55,732 nucleotides of DNA from a virus (Duplodnaviria; Heunggongvirae; Uroviricota; Caudoviricetes). The position numbers were made by a program, and so were the translations under genes. This document shows positions 9,879-20,780 of this stretch, one piece after another. Location: the IMG/VR virus record IMGVR_UViG_2563366819_000003, positions 1-55,732 of that record; one strand, 5' to 3'. The notes beneath the pieces are model-generated. The model saw nothing but the letters and a program-made list of their open reading frames with translations, had not been told where the DNA came from and searched no databases. Numbering within the stretch: the first letter of the stretch is position 1; every line of letters begins with the position of its first letter.

Positions 9879-12800
9879 ATGACCACTGTGAATAAAAAGT
9901 TAAAAAAAACTGCATCTGGCGCGATTACATGGTCAGTAATTGTTACCCAGATATTATCTCCAGTTTCTCTTTCTTTGATTCCGGCAAACAGTTTTGCATC
10001 GTCTGATAATAAAGATGTTACGCAAATTTATGCTAGCGATGAGCGTGCAAATAAAGTGGCCTCATTTGCAGTAAGTGCAGGTCAGAGTCTGGCGAATAAT
10101 AATGCAAGTAGTTTTGCTGTAAATACTTTATCAACTCAGGCGACAAAAGAGGTCGTCGATTGGTTGCAACAATATGGCAATGCGCGCATCAAGCTTAATG
10201 TCGATGATTCTTTTTCCTTGAAGGATTCATCATTCGACTTTTTATATCCATGGCTGGATACTCAGGATTATGTGCTATTCAGTCAAACATCACTACATCG
10301 TACTGATGACCGTAATCAGACCAATATTGGTTTGGGGATTCGTCATTTCACTCCTGATAATGCAATGTTGGGTGCGAATGTTTTCTACGATTATGATTTA
10401 AGTCGCAGCCACTCTCGCGCAGGTTTTGGGGTTGAGTACTGGAGAGATTATTTCAGGCTTGGTGTAAATACCTATTTTGGTTTATCTGACTGGAAGGACA
10501 GTCGGGATATTGATGATTATCTGGAAAGACCCGCAAATGGCTGGGATTTTTCTGCTGAAGGATGGCTACCTGCTTATCCGCAATTAGGGGCATCTATTCA
10601 GTTTGAAAAATATTATGGTAAAAATGTCGGATTATTTGGAAGCGATAATCTGCAGGAAAACCCTTACGCAGTTACTGGGGGAATTTCTTATACACCAGTT
10701 CCTCTGATTAAGTTTTCTGCACAGCATAAGCAAGGACAGAGCAACGTTCACGATACAACCTTTGGTGTTGAGTTTAATTACCGCCCAGGCGTTTCCCTTG
10801 CTGAACAGCTTAGCAGTGACAATGTTGCAGTTATGCGAGAAGTCCAGAACCGGCGTTATGATTTTGTTGAACGAAATAACAACATTGTTCTGGAGTACAA
10901 GAAGAAGCATGCACTGAAAATCAGCTTACCAGAGTCTGTTCAGGGGGATGGCGAATCAATCATCCCTGTAACACTGACAATCAACAATGCCAGTGGTGGT
11001 ATCAAGTCTGTACAGTGGAATGATAGTGTATTCACTGCGGCTGGCGGTAAGATCAGTGGAAATGGCACATCATGGCAGGTCACTTTACCGGCTTATAAAA
11101 GCGAAGGTGTAAATTCGTGGAATGTTGGAGCCACGGTCCAGGATAATAGAGGCAACGTTTCCAACTATGCGGTGATGAATATTAGCGTTATTAATAGTGG
11201 TGTCTCGACAGCGGATTCTTCTTTTATGTTGGATGGAGATTCATCTCCGACGATCTCTGCTGATGGTCAATCCACTCATCCAATAGTATTAAGCCTGAAA
11301 GACAGTAACGGTAAGGCATTAACCGGACTGGCTGATGACATTGAAATGTCAGTGGAATTTACTGCGGATAGCAATAGTGCTCGACAGCGTGAAACGGTAA
11401 CTGCCCCGTCATTAGGCGCGGTAGAGGAAATCTCTGCTGGTGTATATCGCTCTGTTCTGACTGCTGGTTCGCAGGCTGGCACAGTACGTGTAACAGCAAA
11501 AGTTCAGGGAAAAACCTTTACTTTGAATATTAAGCAGGCAGCCGTTATTGATAGTGATGTCTCGACAGCGGATTCTTCTTTTACGTTGGATGGTGATTCG
11601 TCTCCGACGATCTCTGCTGATGGTCAATCCACTCATCCAATAGTATTAAGCCTGAAAGACAGTAACGGTAAGGCATTAACCGGACTGGCTGATGACATTG
11701 AAATGTCAGTGGAATTTACTGCGGATAGCAATAGTGCTCGACAGCGTGAAACGGTAACTGCCCCGTCATTAGGCGCGGTAGAGGAAATCTCTGCTGGTGT
11801 ATATCGCTCTGTTCTGACTGCTGGTTCGCAGGCTGGTACGGTACGTGTAACTGCAAAAGTAATGGATAAAACATTTACTCTCAGTATTAAGCAAACAGCA
11901 GCAACAGAACCTGATTCTGAGGTCAGTGCTGTTTTAACCGCTGCACCAGCAGAACAGGTAGTTGGTTACAATATCAATCTACAACTGGCAGTGAAGGATT
12001 CACAAGGAAATGCAATCACTGGTGATAACACTCTGAGCTTTTATGCTCTTAACCAGGCAGAAGGAGTCGAGTTTGGGGCTGTAACGGAAAAAGACGGTGT
12101 CTATAGCGCGACAGTAACTTCAAAACGAGCTGGTAAGATTCGGATCGGTGTTAAATCGGGTAGTCACAATTTCTCAGGTATTGAGAAAGAAATCTCCTTT
12201 ATTGAAGATCGAACACAGTTCGCATTCTCTCGTATTGAAGCCAGTAAAAATAATGCATTGGCTGACGGCAAACAACAGAATACGGTGACTGTAAGCCTTG
12301 CAGATCGTTTCGGCAATGTTGTGCCCGGTTATGCTGTTACGCTGTCCTTACCTGCGGGGGTAACTCAAGTTGGTGGTGAACATGCTGTGTCAACTGACGA
12401 AAACGGTAATGCTGTTTTTGCGTTAATAAGCTCCACTCCGGGTTCTTACGTGATTAAAGCTCATGCTGGTTCTCAGATGTCTACTGAGTTAACAGTAACC
12501 TTTGCATCAAATATGATCGGAGCTTCACTGTCACTGACGCCTGGAAACAGTAGCTTAATTTCCAATATTCCTGCTAATGGTAAGGATGCTGCGGTATTGA
12601 ATGTGCAACTGACAAATACGAATGCGTCGGTCAATGGACAGAAGATTCAGCTCATCACCTCATCTGAAGGATTGTCTGTACCGACAAATATCGTGACTGA
12701 TTCAACAGGGCATGTTTCCGTACCACTTACAACGGTGAGAGCTGGTGAGTATACGGTGGCTGCACGAGTGACTGACGGTTCCCATAGTGTGGAGTCTGGC

Positions 12801-13787
12801 AGCGTTAAGTTAACTTTTGTACCAGATGCTGCTTCCGCAGAACTTACTATGAGTACATCAAAACAGCAGATTGTGGCCGATGGTAGTGAAAGTGCAACAG
12901 TGGACATTCAGTTGGTTGATGCCAATAACAATGCGTTTACAGGCGATGTGGATTTAACGGTTACACCATCGACGGGAGCATCATTGACCAGTAGTAAACT
13001 GCAGTTGGATGCTCATGGACAGGCAACAACGCAGTTCACAGCATCGAAATCAGGCCAGTACACAATTCAGGCTGAGTATGTTCTAGATGGGAAACGTATA
13101 ACCGCAAGCAAAAATATTGATGCCGTGACGGATGTGAAGGAGGCTGTGTTGGAGATCACATCATCTGCATCTTCGGCTGTAGTGAGCGATACCAACAATC
13201 TGATATTTACGTTACTGTTGAAAAGTACGTCAGGCGAAGTATTAAGTGGTCGAGTATTGAATATCAAGGCATCTGGGCCGTCCAAATATGGTGCGTTGGT
13301 GGTTGATAAAACCACTGTAACGACTGATGAGTATGGTCTGGCTACGGTAAGCGTACATGGTCGAACGGCTGGTTCGTATAAATTAACGGCGACCTTAGAT
13401 GAACTTGGCAGTGATGTTAGTGAGGTGAAGTCATTCTCTCTGTATGCTGATGAGGCAAATGGAGTATTGACACTGCATAAAGATGGAGGCTATGACACAG
13501 ATGATGGTACTCCAGTGGGGGTTTATGCCCGATTTGTTGACCATTTCGGCAATCCGTTATCTGGTACGGTTGAGTTTTCTGCTGGTAGTGAAGATAGTCC
13601 AAACTCTCAACGGGTTAAAATGGAGCCTGCTACAGTAACGTTACACTGGACAGGTAATGCAGCCTCGGAGTTCAGCACCTATGAAAGCGGTTATCACTGG
13701 ATTAAGGCCAAAATAACGAACAGCAAAAATACATATGAGAAAACAATAAGGACTTATGTTGTAAAGCTCCCTGAAAAGGATAGTTAA
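9879..13787 (+). CDS. Intimin/invasin-family inverse autotransporter adhesin with multiple Big (bacterial Ig-like) domains
   Basis: 1302 aa; N-terminal signal-like segment, beta-barrel region typical of inverse autotransporters (WLQQYGNARIKLNVDD...), then repeated Ig-like modules including a tandem 119-aa duplication; AT-rich upstream region and terminator downstream. Confidence 0.8.
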   Translation: MTTVNKKLKKTASGAITWSVIVTQILSPVSLSLIPANSFASSDNKDVTQIYASDERANKVASFAVSAGQSLANNNASSFAVNTLSTQATKEVVDWLQQYGNARIKLNVDDSFSLKDSSFDFLYPWLDTQDYVLFSQTSLHRTDDRNQTNIGLGIRHFTPDNAMLGANVFYDYDLSRSHSRAGFGVEYWRDYFRLGVNTYFGLSDWKDSRDIDDYLERPANGWDFSAEGWLPAYPQLGASIQFEKYYGKNVGLFGSDNLQENPYAVTGGISYTPVPLIKFSAQHKQGQSNVHDTTFGVEFNYRPGVSLAEQLSSDNVAVMREVQNRRYDFVERNNNIVLEYKKKHALKISLPESVQGDGESIIPVTLTINNASGGIKSVQWNDSVFTAAGGKISGNGTSWQVTLPAYKSEGVNSWNVGATVQDNRGNVSNYAVMNISVINSGVSTADSSFMLDGDSSPTISADGQSTHPIVLSLKDSNGKALTGLADDIEMSVEFTADSNSARQRETVTAPSLGAVEEISAGVYRSVLTAGSQAGTVRVTAKVQGKTFTLNIKQAAVIDSDVSTADSSFTLDGDSSPTISADGQSTHPIVLSLKDSNGKALTGLADDIEMSVEFTADSNSARQRETVTAPSLGAVEEISAGVYRSVLTAGSQAGTVRVTAKVMDKTFTLSIKQTAATEPDSEVSAVLTAAPAEQVVGYNINLQLAVKDSQGNAITGDNTLSFYALNQAEGVEFGAVTEKDGVYSATVTSKRAGKIRIGVKSGSHNFSGIEKEISFIEDRTQFAFSRIEASKNNALADGKQQNTVTVSLADRFGNVVPGYAVTLSLPAGVTQVGGEHAVSTDENGNAVFALISSTPGSYVIKAHAGSQMSTELTVTFASNMIGASLSLTPGNSSLISNIPANGKDAAVLNVQLTNTNASVNGQKIQLITSSEGLSVPTNIVTDSTGHVSVPLTTVRAGEYTVAARVTDGSHSVESGSVKLTFVPDAASAELTMSTSKQQIVADGSESATVDIQLVDANNNAFTGDVDLTVTPSTGASLTSSKLQLDAHGQATTQFTASKSGQYTIQAEYVLDGKRITASKNIDAVTDVKEAVLEITSSASSAVVSDTNNLIFTLLLKSTSGEVLSGRVLNIKASGPSKYGALVVDKTTVTTDEYGLATVSVHGRTAGSYKLTATLDELGSDVSEVKSFSLYADEANGVLTLHKDGGYDTDDGTPVGVYARFVDHFGNPLSGTVEFSAGSEDSPNSQRVKMEPATVTLHWTGNAASEFSTYESGYHWIKAKITNSKNTYEKTIRTYVVKLPEKDS
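11197..11910 (+). repeat. Near-perfect tandem duplication (2 x about 357 bp) encoding a duplicated Ig-like domain within the adhesin gene
   Basis: Sequence from about 11201 (tgtctcgacagcggattcttctttt...) recurs at about 11558 almost identically; encoded peptide VSTADSSF.LDGDSSPTISADGQSTHPIVLSLKDSNGKALTGLADDIEMS... is repeated. Confidence 0.85.
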
Positions 13788-13799
13788 CAAAACAGAATA

Positions 13800-13825
13800 G
13801 GGAGGGCTAAGCCCTCCCACTTTTT
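13800..13825 (+). terminator. Rho-independent terminator after adhesin gene
   Basis: Hairpin gggagggctaagccctccc followed by acttttt. Confidence 0.55.
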
Positions 13826-14085
13826 AATTGAGACGGACTGTTTCTTAAATTCACTTACGTTAGATATGAACTGATTATTTTTTATAACAATAAAAGACTT
13901 TTGATTTTTGAATATCAGTAAGTAATAATGATTTACGTCGACAGACTGAACATCTGTTGGTGACTTCTGCGCTAAACGGGGACGTTTATGCGCACATACA
14001 ATCTAAACTCTCTTCTCTCTTCACAGATGCAGAAATGCACCTGCGATTCTTTGCATCCAACGTTTGACCTCTGCGGAGGTGAAGC

Positions 14086-14541
14086 GTGAACCTCCCACAA
14101 GATGGCATCAAATTACATCGCGGTAACTTCACCGCTATCGGTCGGCAGATCCAGCCTTATCTGGAGGACGGCAAATGCTTTCGCATGGTGCTTAAACCGT
14201 GGCGCGAGAGACGCAGTCTTTCCCAGAATGCACTCAGCCACATGTGGTACAGCGAAATCAGTGAATACCTCATCAGCAGGGGTAAAACGTTCGCCACTCC
14301 AGCTTGGGTAAAAGATGCTCTCAAACACACATATCTCGGTTATGAAACCAAAGACCTGGTTGATGTCGTAACCGGTGATATCACCACTATCCAGTCGTTA
14401 CGCCATACCTCCGACCTTGATACCGGAGAGATGTATGTCTTCCTGTGTAAGGTTGAAGCCTGGGCGATGAATATTGGCTGCCACCTGACTATTCCGCAGA
14501 GCTGCGAGTTCCAGCTGCTGCGTGATAAGCAGGAGGCGTAA
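14086..14541 (+). CDS. ninB: NinB-family recombination protein (YbcN-like)
   Basis: 151 aa, conserved RSLSQN motif of NinB family; first gene of the nin region. Confidence 0.8.
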   Translation: MNLPQDGIKLHRGNFTAIGRQIQPYLEDGKCFRMVLKPWRERRSLSQNALSHMWYSEISEYLISRGKTFATPAWVKDALKHTYLGYETKDLVDVVTGDITTIQSLRHTSDLDTGEMYVFLCKVEAWAMNIGCHLTIPQSCEFQLLRDKQEA

Positions 14542-14711
14542 TGGCTACACCGCTTATTCGTGTCATGAACGGACACATCTACAAAGTACCAAATCGTCGT
14601 AAGCGTAGGCCTGAGCTGAAACCATCCGAAATACCAACACTGCTCGGATATACCGCCAGCCTGGTTGATAAAAAATGGTTGCGACTGGCAGCAAGGAGGA
14701 ATCATGGCTGA
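14541..14711 (+). CDS. ninE: NinE-like small protein (56 aa; below ORF-track cutoff)
   Basis: ATG at 14541 overlapping ninB stop; translation [56 protein letters not shown] read directly from sequence. Confidence 0.6.
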   Translation: MATPLIRVMNGHIYKVPNRRKRRPELKPSEIPTLLGYTASLVDKKWLRLAARRNHG

Positions 14712-14994
14712 TTTGAGAAAAGCAGCGCGTGGTCGGGAATGCCAGGTAAGAATCCCTGGCGTATGTAATGGCAATCCTGAAACGTCTGTACTGGCACATA
14801 TCCGGCTGGCTGGATTGTGCGGTACCGGTATCAAACCGCCAGACCTGATTGCCACCATTGCATGTTCTGCCTGTCACGACGAGATCGACCGTCGCACGCA
14901 TTTTGTTGACGCTGGATATGCAAAAGAATGCGCGCTGGAAGGTATGGCGAGAACGCAGGTTATCTGGCTGAAAGAGGGGGTAATTAAGGCGTGA
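14704..14994 (+). CDS. ybcO: YbcO-like DUF1364 protein (Cys-rich, putative nuclease)
   Basis: 96 aa from [23 protein letters not shown]...; nin-region position between ninE and rusA. Confidence 0.75.
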   Translation: MADLRKAARGRECQVRIPGVCNGNPETSVLAHIRLAGLCGTGIKPPDLIATIACSACHDEIDRRTHFVDAGYAKECALEGMARTQVIWLKEGVIKA

Positions 14995-15353
14995 ATACCT
15001 ACAATATCACATTACCCTGGCCGCCGAGCAATAATCGCTATTACCGCCATAATCGCGGGCGCACGCACATCAGCGCAGAGGGGCAGGCATACCGCGAAAA
15101 CGTCGCCCGAATCATTAAAAACGCAATGCTGGATATCGGCCTGGCTATGCCTGTGAAAATCCGCATTGAGTGTCACATGCCGGATCGCCGTCGCCGTGAC
15201 CTGGATAATCTACAAAAGGCCGCTTTTGACGCACTCACCAAAGCAGGTTTCTGGTTGGATGATGCTCAGGTCGTTGATTACCGCGTTGTGAAGATGCCGG
15301 TTGTCAAAGGTGGAAAGCTGGAACTGACCATCACTGAACAGGGAGATGAATGA
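14991..15353 (+). CDS. rusA: Holliday-junction resolvase RusA
   Basis: 120 aa, RusA family ([18 protein letters not shown]...DRRRRDLDN). Confidence 0.9.
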   Translation: MNTYNITLPWPPSNNRYYRHNRGRTHISAEGQAYRENVARIIKNAMLDIGLAMPVKIRIECHMPDRRRRDLDNLQKAAFDALTKAGFWLDDAQVVDYRVVKMPVVKGGKLELTITEQGDE

Positions 15354-15490
15354 TGTTTGAGTTTTATATGGCAGAACTTCTTCGCCACCGCTGGATGCGC
15401 CTGCGCTTATATCGTTTCCCCAGTTCTGTTTTGACCGATTACCGAATACTGAGGAATTACGCCAAAACCCTGACAGGAGCAGGAGTATGA
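15350..15490 (+). CDS. ylcG: YlcG-like small protein (46 aa)
   Basis: ATG overlapping rusA stop; translation [46 protein letters not shown]. Confidence 0.5.
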   Translation: MMFEFYMAELLRHRWMRLRLYRFPSSVLTDYRILRNYAKTLTGAGV

Positions 15491-15575
15491 AGTCAGAGAT
15501 AACAATCAACTAATACTGTTTTGTTGATTTTTGCTTGTAATTGGCGTTCTGGTCTGATTTTTGTGGAGTAAGTTG

Positions 15576-15959
15576 ATGCGTGATATTCAGATGGTTCTTG
15601 AGCGTTGGGGAGCGTGGGCGGCTAATAATCATGAAGATGTGACCTGGTCGTCCATTGCCGCCGGTTTTAAGGGATTAATTCCTTCAAAAGTAAAATCTCG
15701 CCCGCAATGTTGTGACGATGACGCGATGATCATTTGCGGGTGCATGGCCCGTCTGAAAAAGAACAACAGCGATTTGCACGATTTATTAGTAGATTATTAT
15801 GTAGTCGGTATGACATTCATGTCACTGGCAGGTAAGCATTGCTGCTCTGATGGTTATATCGGGAAAAGGTTACAGAAGGCTGAGGGCATAATTGAAGGGA
15901 TGTTAATGGCATTAGATATCCGGTTAGAGATGGATATCGTTGTTAATAACTCTAATTAA
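15576..15959 (+). CDS. quuD: Late-gene antiterminator Q (phage 82/21-type, QuuD-like)
   Basis: 127 aa from [21 protein letters not shown]...; Cys-rich zinc-binding segment; located upstream of lysis genes. Confidence 0.8.
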   Translation: MRDIQMVLERWGAWAANNHEDVTWSSIAAGFKGLIPSKVKSRPQCCDDDAMIICGCMARLKKNNSDLHDLLVDYYVVGMTFMSLAGKHCCSDGYIGKRLQKAEGIIEGMLMALDIRLEMDIVVNNSN

Positions 15960-16100
15960 TATGCCAATTGTTTACTAAAAATTATTAAAAATGGGGCGTT
16001 GAGACGCCCCCAAAAATAAAGGGTAATATATAACAGAAGGTTTATATAGTTAGAAGCAAGGTTGTGCTCCTAAAGGAAGTGGCTTGAGGGAGCCACTTAT

Positions 16101-16137
16101 ATGTTGGGGAGGCAAAGCCTCCCGCAACATATCTTTT
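16101..16137. terminator. Palindromic terminator-like hairpin between Q and nmpC (convergent genes)
   Basis: atgttggggaggcaaagcctcccgcaacat palindrome followed by ctttttc; a second hairpin ggggcgttgagacgcccc lies at 15993..16010. Confidence 0.4.
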
Positions 16138-16148
16138 TCGTAATCAGA

Positions 16149-17231
16149 TTAGAACTGATACACCAGACCTACAGCGACGATGTCGTCGGTATCAATACCA
16201 GCTGTTTTGGTAAACTTACTATCGTCAATTAAGTTGATTTTGTAATCAACAAAAGTGGACATGTTTTTATTAAAGTAGTAAGTAGCACCGACATCGACAT
16301 ACTTGACTAAGTCTCGGTCACCATGAACACCAAGGTCTTTACCTTTTGACTGAAGGTAAGCAACAGATGGTCGCAGACCGAAGTCAAACTGATATTGTGC
16401 TACTGCTTCAAAGTTTTGTGCTTTGTTTGCAATATGGTTATTACCAAAAACGGTCATATTCTGAGTTTCAGAATATGTGGTAGCCAGATAGATATTGTTC
16501 GCATCATATTTCAGGCCTGCAGCCCATACTTCCGCATTTTTGCCGGAGGCATTGAATTTGCTCTTACCATAGGCGACCTGACCGTCAGTGCGATCTGATT
16601 TAGCATAGGTTGCACCCACGCCGAATCCTTCATACTCATAAGTAGTGGAGAAACCGAAACCATCACCATTGGCTTCAGTTACGTCAGTGCGGTCATTTTT
16701 ACCCTGATACTGAGCAGCAAAGTTCAGGCCATCGACCAGACCAAAGAAGTCGTTGTTACGATAGGTTGCAACACCAGTGGTGCGACCAGTCATGAACACA
16801 TCTGTTTGGGTCCAGGTATCGCCACCGAATTCTGGCAGAACGTCAGTCCACGCACCGATGTCGTATGCTACACCGTAGTTACGGCCGTAATCGATTGAGC
16901 CGTAGTCACCGAATTTCAGGCCTGCAAATGCAAGACGGGTTTTGTCTTTGGAGGAACCTTGAGATTCAGCGCGGTTGCCTTTGAATTCATATTCCCACTG
17001 ACCGAAACCAGTCAGTTGATCGTTGATTTGGGTTTCACCTTTGAAGCCAAGACGGGCATAAGTAGTATCACCATCATCTGCATCGTTAGAGGAAAAGTAG
17101 TGCTTGGCATTAACTTTCCCGTACAGATCCAGCTTGTTACTGTCTTTATTATAAATTTCAGCTGCCTGAGCAGACATCGCCATCAGTACTGATGCAGCTA
17201 CAGCAGAAATTGCCACTGTTAATTTTTTCAT
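16149..17231 (-). CDS. nmpC: Outer-membrane general porin (OmpC/OmpF/NmpC family), intact
   Basis: 360 aa, signal peptide [23 protein letters not shown], porin beta-barrel hallmarks and C-terminal ...VGLVYQF; on strand opposite to flanking phage genes, with AT-rich upstream region. Confidence 0.9.
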   Translation of the reverse strand: MKKLTVAISAVAASVLMAMSAQAAEIYNKDSNKLDLYGKVNAKHYFSSNDADDGDTTYARLGFKGETQINDQLTGFGQWEYEFKGNRAESQGSSKDKTRLAFAGLKFGDYGSIDYGRNYGVAYDIGAWTDVLPEFGGDTWTQTDVFMTGRTTGVATYRNNDFFGLVDGLNFAAQYQGKNDRTDVTEANGDGFGFSTTYEYEGFGVGATYAKSDRTDGQVAYGKSKFNASGKNAEVWAAGLKYDANNIYLATTYSETQNMTVFGNNHIANKAQNFEAVAQYQFDFGLRPSVAYLQSKGKDLGVHGDRDLVKYVDVGATYYFNKNMSTFVDYKINLIDDSKFTKTAGIDTDDIVAVGLVYQF

Positions 17232-17819
17232 CGTGAGCCCTTTTTTTTGAACTATTATTAAAAAATGATGTCACTGCGCGATAAATATTCATCTAATCAA
17301 TGTGATTATTTCAAGATGTAAGTTTTAGTTTCTCATTTAATTTGTGAAGTAGATCTCTATTTTTATCTGAACTTTTTCTATCGAAACCTATTTATGGCTC
17401 TTATTTGAACAAAAATAAACCTATTAGCTAATTTATATTAATGGCTGTTATTTATGGGGATTCTATAATTCGGTGGTTTAATTTAAATCAACTAAAAATA
17501 ACGCCGGAAATTATTTATTGGTTATTTGTTGAGGTTTTCTTATATATTTGTGGTGGTGTTTTGAACACTCGGTAGCATTCTCATAAATATCATTCAGTGG
17601 TTTACGTACGTAAAAAATTGGTTATGCTGTTAAGAGTGGTTACTTCGTCACACAGCTTAAACCCGCCGTCGAGCTGGTTTTTCCATTTTTTGAGTCTCGA
17701 TATTAGCTGATAACTCAATACCTGAGTTATTCACTGACTCCGAGTCTGTTACGTTTCTGCTTTTTTGCGATACGTTGTATTCCCTCAATTTACACCCGCT
17801 TTGTCTGCGAGGTGGGGTT

Positions 17820-18035
17820 ATGAAATCCATGGATAAGTTAACAACGGGTGTCGCCTATGGCACCTCAGCAGGTAGTGCCGGTTACTGGTTTTTACAGCTG
17901 CTCGATAAAGTCACGCCCTCACAGTGGGCAGCAATAGGTGTGCTGGGTAGCTTGGTATTTGGCCTGCTGACGTACCTGACAAACCTTTATTTCAAGATTA
18001 AAGAAGATAAGCGCAAGGCTGCGAGAGGTGAATAA
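17820..18035 (+). CDS. essD: Class II holin / pinholin (phage 21 S21-like)
   Basis: 71 aa from [26 protein letters not shown]..., two TM segments, dual-start motif M-K-S-M; similar to S21 as recalled. Confidence 0.85.
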
Positions 18036-18532
18036 TGCCTCCATCATTACGAAAAGCCGTTGCTGCTGCTATTGGTGGCGGAGCAATTGCTATAGCATCA
18101 GTGTTAATCACTGGTCCAGGTGGTAACGATGGTCTGGAGGGTGTCAGCTACATACCATACAAAGATATTGTTGGTGTATGGACTGTATGTCACGGGCATA
18201 CAGGAAAAGACATCATGCTCGGTAAAACGTATACCAAAGCAGAATGCAAAGCACTCTTGAATAAAGACCTTGCCACTGTCGCCAGACAAATTAACCCGTA
18301 CATCAAAGTCGATATACCGGAAACAACGCGCGGCGCTCTTTACTCATTCGTTTACAACGTGGGTGCTGGCAATTTCAGAACATCGACGCTTCTTCGCAAA
18401 ATAAACCAGGGCGATATCAAAGGCGCATGTGATCAGCTACGTCGCTGGACATATGCTGGCGGTAAGCAATGGAAAGGTCTCATGACTCGTCGTGAGATTG
18501 AGCGTGAAATCTGTTTGTGGGGTCAGCAATGA
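18035..18532 (+). CDS. rrrD: SAR endolysin (lysozyme with N-terminal signal-arrest-release domain)
   Basis: 165 aa; N-terminal hydrophobic Gly/Ala-rich SAR segment ([20 protein letters not shown]) and lysozyme-family body. Confidence 0.88.
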   Translation: MPPSLRKAVAAAIGGGAIAIASVLITGPGGNDGLEGVSYIPYKDIVGVWTVCHGHTGKDIMLGKTYTKAECKALLNKDLATVARQINPYIKVDIPETTRGALYSFVYNVGAGNFRTSTLLRKINQGDIKGACDQLRRWTYAGGKQWKGLMTRREIEREICLWGQQ

Positions 18533-18990
18533 ACAGAGTAACCGCGATTATCTCCGCTCTGGTTATCTGCATCATCGTCTGCCTGTCATGGGCTGTTAAT
18601 CATTACCGTGATAACGCCATTACCTACAAAGCCCAGCGCGACAAAAATGCCAGAGAACTGAAGCTGGCGAACGCGGCAATTACTGACATGCAGATGCGTC
18701 AGCGTGATGTTGCTGCGCTCGATGCAAAATACACGAAGGAGTTAGCTGATGCGAAAGCTGAAAATGATGCTCTGCGTGATGATGTTGCCGCTGGTCGTCG
18801 TCGGTTGCACATCAAAGCAGTCTGTCAGTCAGTGCGTGAAGCCACCACCGCCTCCGGCGTGGATAATGCAGCCTCCCCCCGACTGGCAGACACCGCTGAA
18901 CGGGATTATTTCACCCTCAGAGAGAGGCTGATCACGATGCAAAAACAACTGGAAGGAACCCAGAAGTATATTAATGAGCAGTGCAGATAG
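18529..18990 (+). CDS. rzpD: Spanin inner-membrane subunit Rz
   Basis: 153 aa from [17 protein letters not shown]..., N-terminal TM then coiled coil; contains embedded Rz1 ORF. Confidence 0.85.
   Translation: MNRVTAIISALVICIIVCLSWAVNHYRDNAITYKAQRDKNARELKLANAAITDMQMRQRDVAALDAKYTKELADAKAENDALRDDVAAGRRRLHIKAVCQSVREATTASGVDNAASPRLADTAERDYFTLRERLITMQKQLEGTQKYINEQCR
18749..18931 (+). CDS. rzoD: Spanin outer-membrane lipoprotein subunit Rz1 (embedded in Rz, +1 frame)
   Basis: 60 aa, lipobox LVVVGC, Pro-rich (PPPPPAW...PPPDW). Confidence 0.8.
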   Translation: MRKLKMMLCVMMLPLVVVGCTSKQSVSQCVKPPPPPAWIMQPPPDWQTPLNGIISPSERG

Positions 18991-19021
18991 AGCTGCCCAT
19001 ATCGATGGGCAACTCATGCAA

Positions 19022-19315
19022 TTATTGTGAGCAATAGACACGCGCTTCCAGCGGAGTATAAATGCCTAAAGTAATAAAACCGAGCAATCCATTTACGAAT
19101 GTTTGCTGGGTTTCTGTTTTAACAACATTTTCTGCGCCGCCACAAATTTTGGCTGCATCAACAGTTTTCTCCTGTCCAATTCCCGAAACGAAGAAATGAT
19201 GGGTGATGGTTTCCTTTGGTGTTACTGCTGTCGGTTTGTTTCCAACAGTAAACGTCTGTTGAGCACATCCTGTAATAAGCATTGCCAGAGCGGCAGAAAA
19301 CAACATTTTTTTCAT
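19022..19315 (-). CDS. bor: Bor-family outer-membrane lipoprotein (serum-resistance moron)
   Basis: 97 aa from MKKMLFSAALAMLITGCAQQ... (lipobox ITGC); opposite strand to lysis genes. Confidence 0.85.
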   Translation of the reverse strand: MKKMLFSAALAMLITGCAQQTFTVGNKPTAVTPKETITHHFFVSGIGQEKTVDAAKICGGAENVVKTETQQTFVNGLLGFITLGIYTPLEARVYCSQ

Positions 19316-19677
19316 CTTATTATCCTGCATTGTTAAAAACGGCAGAATCCTATGTGACAACAATTAAACGATAGTTAAATGGATTGATGAAAATTAAAAC
19401 TATATAGGTGTACGCTCAGACTATTGGAGGAAGTTGGGGACACTCAGAATCCTGTGGAATGAAATAAATCGGTCTATCCGTCTATTACCCTTTTAGCTGC
19501 GCTGTATCGTCGCCGTATTCCCGCATTAACCATGACCGTAGCCCGACGGGGAATTCCTTCTGCGTGAGTGTGCGGGAATAATCAAAAACGATGCACACCG
19601 GGTTTTACTGTGCTGACAGACGCAGGGTTACCCTCATAGTCGCTTTTCCGGTGCGATGGTGGAAGAAACCGGGATGT

Positions 19678-19872
19678 TTATTCATCATCACTTTGGATTG
19701 ATGTATATGCTCTCTTTTCTGACGTTAGTCTCCGACGGCAGGCTTCAATGACCCAGGCTGAGAAATTCCCAGACCCTTTTTGCTCAAGAGCGATGTTAAT
19801 TTGTTCAATCATTTGGTTAGGAAAGCGGATGTTGCGGGTTGTTGTTCTGCGGGTTCTGTTCTTAGTTGACAT
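19678..19872 (-). CDS. Small DUF3950-like protein (YlcI-like)
   Basis: 64 aa, basic N-terminus; immediately upstream of cos/nu1 on opposite strand. Confidence 0.45.
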   Translation of the reverse strand: MSTKNRTRRTTTRNIRFPNQMIEQINIALEQKGSGNFSAWVIEACRRRLTSEKRAYTSIQSDDE

Positions 19873-20039
19873 GAGGTTGCCCCGTATTCAGTGTTGCTGA
19901 TTTGTATTGTCTGAAGTTGTTTTTACGTTAAGTTGATGCAGATCAATTAATACGATACCTGCGTCATAATTGATTATTTGACGTGGTTTGATGGCGTAGA
20001 TGCACGTTGTGATATGTAGATGATAATTATTATCATTTT

Positions 20040-20260
20040 TCGGGTCCTTTCCGGCGATCCGACAGGTTACGGGGCGGCGACCTCGCGGGTTTTCGCTATT
20101 TATGAAAATTTTCCGGTTTAAGGCGTTTCCGTTCTTCTTCGTCGTAACTTAATGTTTTTATTTAAAATACCCCCTGAAAAGAAAGGAAACGACAGGTGCT
20201 GAAAACGAACTTTTGGGCCTTTGTCGTTTCCTTTCTCTGTTTTTGGCCGTGGAATGAACA
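20040..20260 (+). other. cos: Helper-phage cos site (cosQ-cosN-cosB); cosN 12-nt cohesive end gggcggcgacct at 20072..20083
   Basis: Sequence cgggtcctttccggcgatccgacaggttacg|gggcggcgacct|cgcgggttttcgctatttatgaaaattttccgg matches lambda cos as recalled; directly upstream of nu1. Confidence 0.88.
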
Positions 20261-20780
20261 ATGGAAGTCAACAAAAAGCAGCTGGCTGACATTTTCGGTG
20301 CGAGTATCCGTACCATTCAGAACTGGCAGGAACAGGGAATGCCCGTTCTGCGAGGCGGTGGCAAGGGTAATGAGGTGCTTTATGACTCTGCCGCCGTTAT
20401 AAAATGGTATGCCGAAAGGGATGCTGAAATTGAGAACGAAAAGCTGCGCCGGGAGGTTGAAGAACTGCGGCAGTCCAGCGAGGCAGATCTCCAGCCAGGG
20501 ACTATTGAGTACGAACGCCATCGACTTACGCGTGCGCAGGCCGACGCACAGGAACTGAAGAATGCCAGAGACTCCGCTGAAGTGGTGGAAACCACATTCT
20601 GTACTTTCGTGTTGTCGCGGATCGCAGGTGAAATTGCCAGTATTCTCGACGGGATCCCCCTGTCGGTGCAGCGGCGTTTTCCGGAACTGGAAAACCGACA
20701 TGTTGATTTCCTGAAACGGGATATCATCAAAGCCATGAACAAAGCAGCCGCGCTGGATGAACTGATACCGGGGTTGCTGA

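Noticed and set aside
14102-14328. Overlapping ORFs in other frames of ninB (14102..14311 plus, 14113..14328 minus)
   Set aside because: Fully contained within the better-supported NinB-family ORF; no independent start signals.
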